From Mesotaenium endlicherianum (taxonomy: Eukaryota), in contig WELA01001079.1 of assembly GCA_009602735.1 (NCBI GenBank), positions 186,001 through 234,964 of the forward strand: a stretch of DNA of 48,964 nt. Reading direction: 5' to 3'. This document shows, piece by piece, positions 36,528-48,964 of this stretch (within the stretch, counting starts at the first letter, position 1; every line of letters starts with the position of its first letter). A program made the position numbers and the translations under genes. The notes under the pieces were generated by a model. The model searched no databases, was not told the DNA's origin, and was given only the letters and a program-made list of their open reading frames with translations.

Positions 36528-38458
36528 CAGGAACACATCTTACCAGCTTGGCATGCCGCGTATTATTTGAGTCTTCTCCCAACTCCTGTGGGTGCGTGCG
36601 CTGTTGATCCAGACTTATTCAAGGCCTTACACGCGACAACCACCTATTAGGACACGCACCCAGTTATGCGGAAGTGCGTCGGTGGTGCCTGTTGTGATTT
36701 CGCGCCAAGGGCATTCGTCTACAAGACTGCGGTACAAACTTGCTACAGAAGGGCGCGGCCACGGCTGTTGCAAATGCAAGAGTATCAGATAGAGGATTCC
36801 AAGGAACGGGCTGCTGGCGGTTGAAACAAGCCAAAGCCGCATGTGTCGTACAGCTCCCTCGAGCATTCCGCCACGTCGCATAGGCCATTGACATCGATCG
36901 AGCAGACCAGGCGACACAATATACGCGAGAAGAAATCTCTGCGGCATTTAAGAAGTATCGTCGCTAGATACCTTGTTTGCCAATTGATGCATGCTATTTC
37001 ATTGCATTATTTCGCTAATAAAACACAGACAACCATCGCCACATACATCTGTTATCAAAATAGTAGTTTGTATATGCAAATATTCATAATATAGTTCAAT
37101 AAGGACATCTTGAATCCTCCTCTTCCTCGCGGAGGTGGTGCAGCCAATCAGCTGCCTGCGTCTAGCACAGGCACTGCGACAGAAGCCTATATCAGGCGCT
37201 ACGCCGCCGTCATTCATTCATTGCACATGCAAATAGTTTCATTTTGCACTCTACAAGCCCCCCACCCACCCGTACGCATTAGTAGCGTCGCAGCACACGA
37301 GTGCACCATACATACTTTTCCATAGTAGAAAGGGCAGATGTCATGCATACGTCAATAGCAACCACAGAATAGCTCGCATAAGACTAGTCGCTGTATCTTT
37401 GCTTACATAATAACCTTAGTCAGATTATTGACATAGATACTAATGATTGTGGTCATTACATGCATACGTGTACAATCGCATTTCGCCAATAAAACACACA
37501 AAACAAAGGTATGCCATAAAATTCTGTTCCCAACATCCCAGCATGGATAGCATGTATCAATTGATACACAAATGAACATCTGGGCACAAAGCACAAACTC
37601 TGGCACACAACAGCCATAATTAAACCCAACAGGTTGCTTGGACAAAACCCTGTCCTCATTTTGACTAACTTCCCCTCTCATCTCAAAGGGCATCTAAAAC
37701 ACTTCACAGGACTCAATTATCAAAGTCAAATCTTCACTTAAGCTTATGGACTTGGTTCTCATTCTTATCATGAGAAGACGACCCTTCACACTCTTCCACT
37801 TTTACATGATTTCTTACGAAAGACTCACATTTAAAAGAGTACATCACTAAAGGTAGCATGCAAAAAATATCTGATTGAGCAGAATTGAAGAATATTCTTT
37901 GTTCAGGGTATTACATGTAAAGCAAAAATCAAGAAAAACCACTGAACTGTGAAAGAGAGATACACAAATATATAGAGGGCCGAATGGCATATCCACTTTA
38001 CGGGAACTTTCTTCAGGCACCAAATACTTTCAAACTCAAAAGGCAATGTAAACAAATAATGACCTAAACACGACATTACGCGCCTCCAGCCTTTCATGAT
38101 AAAGGCCACACAAGATTAACTCAATGAAATGATCCAGAAAGAATGTCACACCCTTCAAGACACAAAGCTAAAAGACTTGCGAGACACAAAGTTCACAGAT
38201 TAATTTAAACTTGAATATATTCCCGATTCTTCAGCCAGTGGCATAATAATACAGAAGATAGATTAAACCAAGGCTGCAAAGTACATGTTAAGTACAAAAG
38301 CACAATACTCGGGGCCAGACAATAGTTGTAGACCTAACGTCTCCACGTCCATCGCAAGAAGAGGTCATTAACCCGCTTGAACAATAACCTATGTACAGAG
38401 CACTTCTTGAAAGCACACGCTTTTGTACAGCCTCACAATGACTCAAAGATCTCCTGTT

Positions 38459-39477
38459 CTACTTGAAGAAGTAAGGAAGATCGATGACGTAAAGAAGAAT
38501 GTATGCCCAAGCAACACCAGAAAGGCCTCCAAAAAAGAAGCCACCAGAAAATCCGGCCCAACCATCCGCAGTCTGCACAGAGATACATACAGCACGAAAA
38601 AAGCACAATCAGTACAGGACAACTCCCTCCTCGCTGCAAACGAGTTACTAAGGGCCAACAAAAAGATTGAACACCACCTGAAGCTTGTCCTGCTCCTTCT
38701 TCCGGCCTGACAAAGTAAGTGCTGGCCCAATAGGACTGGCCTTCTCTTTGAAAGTGGAGATTCCATAGATGGTGAGGCAGACAGTCAAAATTGCAACAAG
38801 GCCCGCCGCTGCCAACGCTCCACTCTCGCCATGAATTGCTGTGTCACGGAGCGGTCCGAGCTGCATCCAAGAATGCGGTGGGTGAACTCTTTTGACAGAC
38901 AGCTACCAAGCAAATCCGCACACATACATTTGACATGCTGAAAATAGGTCAAATACAACCCAAAGCAATGAGACCCTGCTAGGAGGTCAAGAATGTACCT
39001 TAACAAACGGCCCAACCAGCAAAAATCCATGTGCGAGACCAATCTCCACACCTCTCAAGAGCGGGTTAACTGCCGTGCGGTATGCAGGCAAATTAGAAAG
39101 GTACCAGGACACGAGGGGGCTGCTTGTCACCGGGGTCTCAAAGCTGCCAATGAACGGGTCTCCATTAAGAGGCTCTATCACTTGGTAAGACTGCCACAAA
39201 CAAAAACGGCTCATTACTAGGGAAGAGCAAGCAAGCAAAATGTCATGCCATATTCAGTGTCCTACGAACCAGAAGAGATGGAAATATTTACCTTAGCAGA
39301 ATCAGCAGCGCGGACCGCCAGGCGCTTAGATGCTTTGATGGAGAAAGGCTTGTTTGCGGTCACTGCCTGACCCAAGAAGGCCTTGTTCAGCTGAGAAGAC
39401 TTGCTGGTGACAACAGCAGACGTTGCGGCAGAGAAAAGGGTCGCACAAGTCGATGTGCAAGCCGCTACGGAAGCCAT
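38459..39477 (-). CDS. psaL: Photosystem I reaction centre subunit XI precursor, nuclear-encoded, 4 exons, 224 aa
   Basis: Exons 39477-39292 (transit peptide MASVAACTS...ADSAK), 39190-38999 ([25 protein letters not shown]...[14 protein letters not shown]), 38860-38678 (LGPLRDT...[10 protein letters not shown]) and 38572-38459 ([37 protein letters not shown]). Three GT-AG phase-0 introns; no internal stops. Confidence 0.97.
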
Positions 39478-39579
39478 GGCTCGTGAATGCAGGTAGGAGA
39501 GGGTCGCTACAACACCAAATGCAGAGGATGGTGGAGTTGATATGGTGAACAGCAGCCGACATAACAGGGTTTGATGAAT

Positions 39580-39630
39580 GTACAAATTTAAAGTGCATCC
39601 ACGTCGCTCTCCAACTTTATCCGTAATCAA
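39580..39630 (-). promoter_or_regulatory. Candidate psaL proximal promoter motifs
   Basis: Minus strand reads GGATAAAG (I-box-like), GACGTGG (G-box-like core) and TTTAAA (TATA-like) in that order, ~110-150 bp upstream of the ATG. Short motifs that could occur by chance. Confidence 0.35.
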
Positions 39631-40706
39631 GGCGCGTTGTCTGGTTGGTGCAGAAGTTTTGCAACAAATCTGCGTCGCCAGCAAATTTTTGGTAAGCCCA
39701 GGGTAAGCCTGTCGTTGGCCCTCGTGTAGTTGGTACTCAGCAGGTTTCAGATTCGTTTCGACTGAGTGACAGACCCCGGTAATGGATTTACGCCAGCCCA
39801 TGTGTTTTAGGGCCAGTTTACAGTGGCCAAATCGATGCCGAGTTGATTGATTGAAATGTACTTCGCTCGAAGTACATTTTCAAATTTATCGCGACGAAAC
39901 TGGTGTTTACAGTGGTGTCAAGGCGCGACGCGATTGATTAAAGTTAGTGAAGAAATTGATTGAACTTTCTGGTTTCAATCAGGCCCAATGTCGCGACTAC
40001 TATCCGTTTGACGGTGCCGCACGCACAGCGCAAGCTACGGCCACCCAGGTACGGAAAGTCAACGTTGACTCACCGACCACTTGTCTGATTACGTCGCAGT
40101 CAGCGATTATGTCGGCGTCAAGACCACTGGCAAGGGGTCAGTGTCAATGTGCCCCACACCCAGGGATGGAGGAGGTTTTGACAGCATAGACAGCCGCGAG
40201 GCTAGAAGCTGGGGATGAGTGATGAGCCGCCCAGCAGGTACCAAGTCAGTGACTGTGTGACTGGCAGATAAAGCCAGGTCAAGGCCGCAATGCCCAGATA
40301 GGTTACGGCCGCCCGGTTGGGAATCTTGAGCAAGTGGCATTTGCTTGTACACGCCGCTCAGGAGTTCTTAGCCATGAGCCAATTAGGCGTGACTGCCAGC
40401 TGAGAAGCTAAGCAGCCACGCGCGACAGTCACGAGGTGTGCATGCATGCTGAGTGACTACGAGTTTGAGTTGAGCATGGCTAAGCAGAAGCGACATGCAG
40501 CTAAGCCTTGTGACTAAGCACGGCATTCTCGAAAGATGACGCTGTGTGGTGCCCTTGAAAAACACGAATCTTGCCTGAGACATGTCATTCACTCTCACGC
40601 ACTTTTGCCAAGGAGCAGAAGGAGCAGAAGGAAGGAGAAGGAAGGAGAAGGAGGGCGCGAAGAAGAAGAAGGAGTTTCCAAGGCCATTGCAGAGCCGAGG
40701 CCCCAC

Positions 40707-42018
40707 TAAGATGAATCCTGCTTATTCAAGATAAATGTATTTCATTTAAATATATAAGATCAGAGATAGGAGGAAGCGTGTGAAATCAGGGAGCGGTCTT
40801 TGCCCTTATAATGAATTCCGTTTACTCATCTACACCTCTTGACTCACTTACCGTAGTGTGCCATAGTTGCACACTAACACGAGGCACAAGTAAGAGGCGA
40901 GCTTGAGGACTTGAGCTTCTCCTTTAGAAACTCATGGCCTCTTGTCTACGAGGCATGCAAGCATGTATAGCACATGCACAACATCAGGGGACTGAATAGC
41001 AAAGGCGCTCTCATTCAGATGACCATAATCAAGCTAAAACACATCCCACTGACTTAGGTGCAAAACCATGGAATATGTCCGCTGTGTAACCCCAAAATGT
41101 CAGAGGGCATAACTCTGCCAGTACTACTCCAAATTGAGCAAACTCAACGGCAACGGATGCATCTTGACAAGACCTTTTCGAAAAGTCCTAGTTTGTCCCA
41201 TTTAAAGCGCAGACGAAGCAGCCATGGCAATTTCCGTGAAGGCTGGTCATTAGAACGAACCCAAAAGTGCACACATGACTTGCAAGTAGAAATCCGACTG
41301 TAAAGCCTACTGTCCAGAATGAGGGACCACGAGATCCCAGCCTGCTATGTACCTAGTGACCACCTGGTTGACCATGGCGCAAGGTGCGCCGTTTCGTTGG
41401 AAACCCGTTAAGTTGGGACCCACGGATCTAGGTATAACGACCATATTAATTGGTCGGTTGACTGAAGTCCTAACTGTTCAGTTGACTGACGACGGCTCCG
41501 CCTACCCAGGAGTTACCCACACTGGTAGGACATCGGTTTACCGAATCTCAGTCGACCTCCTGACTTTCAGTACACTTCGGTCACATGTGCCAATCTACAA
41601 ATGACAATCTAAATGAATATGTCTATCCTCAACGTATTGAAGCTAAGTATATTGCCTAATATCAAGCGAGCTTACTATATGTCAACCTACTGATATCATA
41701 TCCTGTATATAACTGATGTATAAATCTCAGCAAACTATACTATGATACAAAAGTCATGCTGCTGACATTTTCAACAAAGTCAGCAAACTACACTATGATA
41801 CAAAAGTCATCCTGCTGACCTTTTCAACAAAGTCAGCAAACTACACAATGGTACGAAGTCATCTTGCTGACCTTTTTGACAAAGTAAGTAAACTCGCATT
41901 ACATCGACATACATTCATTTAGATGAACTCGCACATGTGAGTATATAGACATAACACTTATTTAGTGTTATATTTATATATGAAATTCATTAAATAAATA
42001 ATGAACGGATTCATTACA
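40707..42018 (-). repeat. 3' LTR of the family B element (1312 bp)
   Basis: Homologous to 4255-5463; ends GATTCATTACA next to the PPT; three ~53-bp tandem units. Confidence 0.92.
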
Positions 42019-45000
42019 ATCTCCCCAACTTAAATCGTTGTCGCCTCGACAACACTCAGCATATGATACTTTTATTTAATAATACACTTCAATGAACTAG
42101 GTGAAGCAAAGCAAGCAAACAAAACATAAGCGTGATATATTCACCTACCCAGTGCAAGTAAAAATCAATCACAACAAATTGTCATGCAAGAAACCATCTG
42201 ACTTCAAAATCATTAATTGAAGTCATGCATGGACTTACGCCTACTCACAATAGTCCTTCCGATTGAAAGACATAATAGAGTACCTTACACCATGCAAACT
42301 ACACCCAAATCGAACAGCCTCCTTTTGAGGTCAAACAATGAAAGAGTGTTATTCAAGCTCAGCGTATTGAACTAAGCCTTTTCTCCTTCTCTTGGTCTTC
42401 AACTCCCGCTGTGCTCACACCTTGAAAGCTCCTCACAAGCAATTTCTTGTGACTTAGGTACCTGCTCGAAATTCAGCGTACTGAAGGAAAAGGGAGACCA
42501 ACTGGTTTAATGGCATTGAATGCCCTCACAAGATGAGTAACATCAGGTTGATGAGCCAATGAAAATTTTAAATTTTAACCACATTTTCAGAACACTCTAA
42601 GTTCAAAGAAACATATGGTTTTGAGCAATATGCTGGTCACCTCAAGCAGTTCCCTAATGTGCCATGCATCATTGCTACCCAATCCAACTTATGGCAATGT
42701 ACTTACTCAATTAGTACGTACACTTGCTCCAACAGTGAACTGCAACTCACAGTTTACACCAGTTAGTCACTGATGCTCCTCATATTAATGCAATACATAC
42801 ATAGGACATGGCAGTGTATGACTCAGTTAGTACGTACACTTGCTGCTGAGTATGCAGGTAAGCACAGCTTACTGAATACTCCTAATACACATCCCATCTC
42901 CCTCTCCCCAACTTAAATAGCTGTCAACCCGACAGCTTTAACCACATAAAGCACACCAAAAAGTGCCTACAACTCCGCATTATAGGAACCACACAGAATG
43001 ACAGTCACATAGGATTGCGGAGGTACGAGTGGGTGGAGGAGAATCAACAAAGGAATACCGAGAGAGGATACAAAGTGCAAACACCCAAGTAAGCCAAAAA
43101 AAGAAAGAAAGTCAGCCCCTCCCAAAAAAAAAAAGTCCATTTTTCAAAACTAAATCAATGACCGAAGTGGCATAGGGAAGAATGTACTGCCATTTGGACC
43201 CTCTCACCACAAATCTCTATCCGTGAATAACCCAAACTCAAGCCAGCGTAGTACATCCCTCCATTCGAGAGTGTAGATAGCTTGCTATGAGATGAAGACA
43301 TTCGGCCCTATTAGCAAGTTTATCCATACCAAGAAGTAGCTCAGTTAGCTGACTCTACCAATGCTTACAATAATGACTCATACTGGTCAATCCTAGCAAG
43401 AAATACACCAAAATGACAACCACCAATGGTGAGAGTCAACAATCAAAAGAGAAGATGGGCCAGAAACAACCAACTGTATTATAGTTCTGATATTTCAAGA
43501 TACTCCCTCCTTTAGGCGTTACTGCCTGAAGTTGCCTTAAGGACAGGTGGCGTCCAGCATGCCAACTCCTCGGCCTCCCTCGACCTGTATGCACCATCGC
43601 TTCACACTCTGCTTGCTGGTCTCAGTCTGTTGAACAGACAACAAACAAGTGTGTAAGTTGCCTTCAATGAGCTTAAGCTACGCGTGGCAAACACCACAAC
43701 CTAGCTGCATCAATCTACTCAAGATCTGATGACTCCATCTTACATAGTTCTCGGGAGGATAAGGCAAACATTGGGATCACAAAGACTCAACCAATGACAA
43801 TGGGCAAACGCAGTATAGCTTGAAACCGAATTCCTCTCTAAAGGCACATACATGGCACCTATTGTAATTGCAACAAGCACCTAGCAAGCCAATGACAACA
43901 GCGTGCATAGATCCCCGGTAAGACTTTTGCACTGTAACCCCAAGCTAGCAAGAAGAATGTTTGTGCATCGGACTGAACAAGATCATTCAAGCCATGCATT
44001 GCGAGAACGTCTATAATGTCGATGGTCTCTTCTGGCTTTACTTAGGGTGTGCATAGTGAATCTATTACAGCAGGGCCCATTTTACACCTGCTCTACGGTA
44101 TGCTAACGGCGATTCACTACCTCTAGCACCCGGGATGCAAATTCCATGCACCTGACGCATATACAAATGCATCTTGCATGCTTCCTAGCATGCGCCTCTA
44201 GCGAGCTCAGTTAGCTGCGAGGCCGACAGAAACTTAGCACACTGCTAATATGCCCTGATCGTCCCTATGACGAAGACACAAACCTCCTTACACTTGACCA
44301 AGTGTACAGGTGGCATCCAAAAACAAATCGCCAATTGGACCTAAGGCAAGTAGTCAAACCCCCTCTAGTATCCACGTTGACTTTCCATACGTCAGTCAAC
44401 ACACCGTACAGACCTAAGTCTCGATAAGCTCACCTTATATGACTATCTCGCTACCTCCGACGAGCCATAATACCACAGTAAGACATGTCACGCATCAAGC
44501 ATGGCAACACCAAGAGCTCGTTCAGCTCAAGCACTCAAAGTACTCATTGATCGCGGCTGCTCTCGGACACTTAACCTTTAATAAGTCATGCGAACTAAAG
44601 AGAGTTAAAGGAAAGTCCTTGCGTTCATAAACCCAAGCCCTTAAACCCTCTAACCACATTAGGTCAAATAATCCAGCAGACTGACTTAACCTAAGTCAGC
44701 AATCACATAAGATCCGCATCCAAAAACCTCTGCACACTGACTAGACTTATCTTAAGCTTAAACCCCAAGCTCCAACAATCCCATCAAGTATCACCAAAGC
44801 ACCGCCTCACACATAGCATTCAAGCACAAGGCACATACCCTGAACCTTCCAGCCCACGTCAATGTGGCAAACGAGAGGAGCACACAATGTCACAGCCATG
44901 GTTGGGAATAGAGGGTATCTGTAGGATGCCATTGTTGCTGTGGAAGCCTCTTCACATAGAAGTTGCAGCATGCTGAAGCTTGTGGACGACGTAGTGCACT

Positions 45001-45636
45001 TGGACCGTGGCGACGAAAACCTGTCGTAATCCATACTTGGAAACTTAAGTTAGTAAATCATGTGTGCACGCACTGTCTCAATTACTCAACACATGCAGCC
45101 ATACCCAAGCTCCCTCAACCTAGCTACCACACACATAATGAGAGAGGTACGTCTCTTGCAAAGCAACAAGCTTACACCCGAAGAGTTAGCACAACAGACT
45201 AACAAGTCCTCTACCACCGGTGGAGTGCACACCTCTCTCTATACTAGCCGTGGATTGCATATAACAACACACAACTATGATCAAGTGAGGTAAATGAGTC
45301 ATATCCAGCTTGCAATGATGCAACTCCCTTGAGGTTGCCCTTGATGCTTGCAGACACCTCGTCCATCAAGCCTCCACTTTAGGCTTCTCCATGCGTGGAT
45401 CTGTACACAAGAGGCTAGGAAAGTCAAGTTAGTATGCCGCATAGTACATTGAGCTCGGAGACACACTAGGTGAGCAAGTGGAAGGATCCTGGACAAGATG
45501 TGCAATGCTCTATATCATACACTTCCCCAAGCTCCACCTAGACTCATCATACCACACAAGTAAGCGTCACACACTTACCTCCTGAGACAAAGAAGACGAG
45601 CACGGACATTCAAGAAGGACTCAGCTTCGATACTAC

Positions 45637-46892
45637 TGAAATAAATCTTGCTTATTCAAGATAAATGTATTTCATTTCAATATATAAGATTAGAGATAGG
45701 AGGAAGCGTGTGAAATCAGGGAGCGATCTTCGCCCTTATAATGAATTCCGTTTACTCATCTACACCTCTTGACTCACTTACCGTAATGTGCCATAGTTGC
45801 ACACTAACACGAGGCACAAGTAAGAGGCGAGCTTGAGGACTTGAGCTTCTGCTTTAGAAACTCATGGCCTCTTGTCTACCAGGCATGCAAGCATGTATAG
45901 CACATGCACAGCATCAGGGGACTGAATAGCAAAGGCGCTCTCATTCAGATGACCATAATGCAGCTAAAGCACATCCCACTAACTTAGGTGCAAAACCATG
46001 GAATATGTCCGCTGTGTGACCCCGAAATGTCAGAGGGCATAACTCTGCCAATACTACTCCAAATTGAGCAAACTTAACGGCAACAAATGCATCTTGACAA
46101 GACCTTTTTGAAAAGTCCTAGTTCGTCCCATTTGGAGCGCAGACGAAGCAACCATGTCAATTTCTGTGAAGGCTGGTCATTAGAACGAACCCAAAAGTGC
46201 ACACATAACTTGGAAGTAGAAATCCGACTGTAAAGCCTAATGTCCAGAATGAGGGACCACAAGATCCAACCTGCTATGTACCTAGTGACCACTTGGTTGA
46301 CCACGGCGCAAGGTGCGCCGTTTCGTTGGAAACCCGTTAAGTTGGGACCCACGGATCTAGGTATAACGACCATATTAATTGGTCGGTTGACTGAAGTCCT
46401 AACTGTTCAGTTGACTGACGACGGCTCCGCCTACCCAGGAGTTACCCACACTGGTAGGACATTGGTTTACCAAATCTCAGTCGACCTCCCGACTTCCAGT
46501 ACACTTCGGTCACATGTGCCAATCTACAAATGACAATCTAAATGAATATGTCTATCCTCAGCGTACTGAAGCTAAGTATATTGACTAATATCAAGCGAGC
46601 TTACTATATGTCAACCTACTGATCTCATATCCTGTATATAATTGATACATAAATCTGAGCAACGTATACTATGATACAAAAGTCATCCTGCTGACCTTTT
46701 CAACAAAGTCAGCAAACCACACTATGGTACGAAAGTCATCCTGCTGAGCTTTTTGACAAAGTAAGTAAACTCGCATTACATCGACATACATTCATTTAGA
46801 TGAACTTGCACATGTGAGTATATAGACATAACACTTATTTAGTGTTATATATATATATATGAAATTAATTAAATTAGAAATGAACGGATGCA
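45637..46892 (-). repeat. 5' LTR of the family B element (terminus degraded)
   Basis: Starts TGAAATAAATCTTGC beside the PBS; colinear with 40707-42018 to ~46890; two ~53-bp units. Confidence 0.9.
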
Positions 46893-48964
46893 CCCGACAC
46901 ACGTGCGAAGATCGATCGACCATGTTTGCCCACACGTGAGGAGAGCTACCGACACATTGACCAAGTCGAAGGCACACGTGCTGGAAGGCTACGCACGTGT
47001 CGAGGGACTGACACTGTTAGGCACGACAGCAATCGCGTTAAATTAAATTTAATCGCGAGCGGATCTACTTTGGTTTACAATGCACAGAACTCCTATAATC
47101 AAGGCACTTGTCAAACTCCCGACCTCTTCAATGCCGCTCTCGAGATGACTCGAGATACCATATTTCTCGGGGCATCGGTCACGTGTATAAACATTCATCA
47201 CGCTGGAAATTTCGAGCTACGAAAATTTTGGAAACTTTCCGGTTGAGGCTGAAAACTCAGAGATGCACTGCAATCACTTCTTCTCAATTCTACCTGTATT
47301 TCAATAACCTGCGATCAGAATCTGAAGACTTCACCCCTGTGTTTGCCAAAGCTCTATACTAGCATACGCTCTGAGTGGTCGACAATTTTTTTTTGGCTTT
47401 AATTGCTCATTGACTATCTGGCCGTCGTTCACGTTTACTTTCAGGTGAGGGCTGAGGCAATTGGCAGCTTCAGTTTCTTACTCGAATTCCGACTTGCTAT
47501 TTGCTCTCCATTACGAAACCATCTTAAGTCCCGCCACTCAACGTTTGTAGTCTCTTGCTCGCTTTTTCTCGCTTGCTAAGGGTCGTGCCTTCACTAGGTA
47601 GAAGACCAAGCACCCAGGAGGGCTCAAAAGGTCATGATTGCTTCTTAGTGTCTGGCACTTGATTTATATCCTCTGGAACTTGGTGCATTGCTGAATTACT
47701 TCGCAGCTGGACCTACTTTGCAGCTGGACCACTTCTGAAGTGTGGCTACTTGTATAAGTACAGGCCTTGGTAAGTCCTAACCTTATTTCGTAACTATGTA
47801 GAGCTTCATCATGAAGCGTGATTGCATACGAGGATGTATTTTGCTACAGATGATACTTTTACGGCTGGTCAGGTTGCCAGCTCTGGCAATCAAATACGCT
47901 TTCTCAAACTGGATACAAACATTTGTGGACAGTTTGTGAAGCATCTTTTCTATAACTGTCTCCTATGCCATGGACCTTTGAGCAGGGTACGACTATTTGA
48001 GAAACCAAGGAAGTTACATTTTTTCAGGTATGCCCGCGAGTAACGCAGCGTCTTAAAAAATAGTTGTGCCTAATTGACAGTCCTTTGGTAAGCAGTCTCT
48101 CCAAGCTTTGTGAAGTGTGTGGTGAGGGCTTGGAGCTTACAGCATGATGACGTAAAGCTGCAATATTATGTAGTAGTGCAAAGTTAGTCTATTCGTGTAC
48201 AATATTGGAAGTTACGTTCATCAAACTGAAGGCAAGTATTAGATGTATTACCCGGTTGCAATGTTTCAACCTCGTCACCTTTCAAGAGATGCTCATCACA
48301 TGCATTTGAGGACTTCTTTACATGCATTAAATCAAGGGATCTCTTTTACACTATTAACATGCATTACAGGACTTTTATACATGGACCAAATGAAGGGTTC
48401 TTCTATACCGGCGGTTGGGTTGGGGGGGGCGGCGTAGGTGACGTACATCACCGACGAGTTCTGACAAAGAACACGGACCTGGTGGTGGCGGAGCACCAGG
48501 AGCTGCTGGCGCGTTCGCTCTTGCCTTTTGTCGCCGCCCTCTTTGCCCCCCCCGCCGCCGTTGCCCCGGCCGACGACGCCGCCGCCGCCTCCGCCGCCTC
48601 CAAGCAGCGCAACAAGTTTGCTTCCCTCAGCCGCCGCATTAAGGTAGATGCCGTGGCTGCCACTCGGCGCTTGCTCCTGTATTTCATGCTCCCACGTTGC
48701 TTGCCTCCCCTGCGCTGGCAGGCACTCCTGTCGCCTCGCCTTCTGCTGCCTGATGTCTGCTGCTAGCTGCCGGTTGGCTTTCATTGACACGTCCCCCCTC
48801 TCCCCACACTGCTGCTGTTCCGCCCGCCTTGTCGCGTGTTCGTTTGTAGGGCGGGTGGGCTTGCTGCTGCAGGCTGCTGCTGCCTCCCCCGCCCCTTGCG
48901 TGTTCTTGTGGGGGGCGGCACCGCCCCTTGTGTGCTGTCAGAAGGAACGGAGGGGGGGGGGGGG

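Larger units (their letters stand above)
33326..36590 (+). mobile_element. DNMT-Gypsy copy 2 (protease end, DNMT, RT, RNase H; truncated before integrase)
   Basis: YDILLGKECNLLIKLTIDLWQ (aspartic protease C-terminal motif), DNMT motifs, RT and RNase H in uninterrupted order; homologous to 26420-32900. Confidence 0.9.
40707..46892 (-). mobile_element. Non-autonomous LTR retrotransposon, family B (LARD-like)
   Basis: Two ~1.3-kb direct LTRs, degenerate PBS TAGTATCGAAGC (45624-45635), PPT TTAAGTTGGGGAGAT (42019-42033). The 3.6-kb interior has no recognisable gag-pol. Right end damaged; TSD not confirmed. Confidence 0.85.

Noticed and set aside
36592..37020. Possible C-terminus of an RLE-type non-LTR element (VVPVVISRQG)
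   Set aside because: A single weak motif with no RT or CCHC support.
39478..39801. N-terminal extension of psaL in ORF 39262-39801
   Set aside because: The transit-peptide-like sequence starts at ATG 39477 (context GCCATGGC); the upstream part overlaps the likely promoter and 5' UTR.
41732..41890. CRISPR-like array
   Set aside because: Contiguous tandem units without unique spacers, inside an LTR, in eukaryotic DNA with no cas genes.
46885..46900. TSD for the family B element
   Set aside because: The LTR terminus is degraded and the right flank CCCGA only partly matches the left flank CCCAC.
47440..48964. Possible spliced host gene and GC-rich ORFs at the window end
   Set aside because: Splice-like signals exist, but I could not assemble a consistent frame or recognise a domain; the end is low-complexity and truncated.

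Overview
Eukaryotic nuclear DNA of the green lineage. A streptophyte alga or non-seed plant is inferred from psaL and the transposon types; the species cannot be determined. Most of the window is nested, decayed transposons around one intact host gene: a four-exon psaL (photosystem I subunit XI) on the minus strand at 38459-39477. Main components: (i) two decayed copies of a Ty3/Gypsy element with a C5-cytosine DNA methyltransferase domain between protease and reverse transcriptase; (ii) a complete piggyBac (28172-31469, TTAA TSD) inserted in the RT of copy 1; (iii) a chromodomain-bearing Gypsy element with three LTRs, one outer TSD and a long extra ORF after integrase (16000-24966); (iv) a related element without gag-pol (40707-~46892); (v) a DIRS remnant whose adenine-methyltransferase-like domain can be rebuilt across a solo LTR; (vi) solo LTRs with perfect TSDs, a MITE and a CMC/EnSpm-like transposase remnant. 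No CRISPR array, rRNA or credible tRNA gene. All domain calls are motif recognition by eye; no database search was run.
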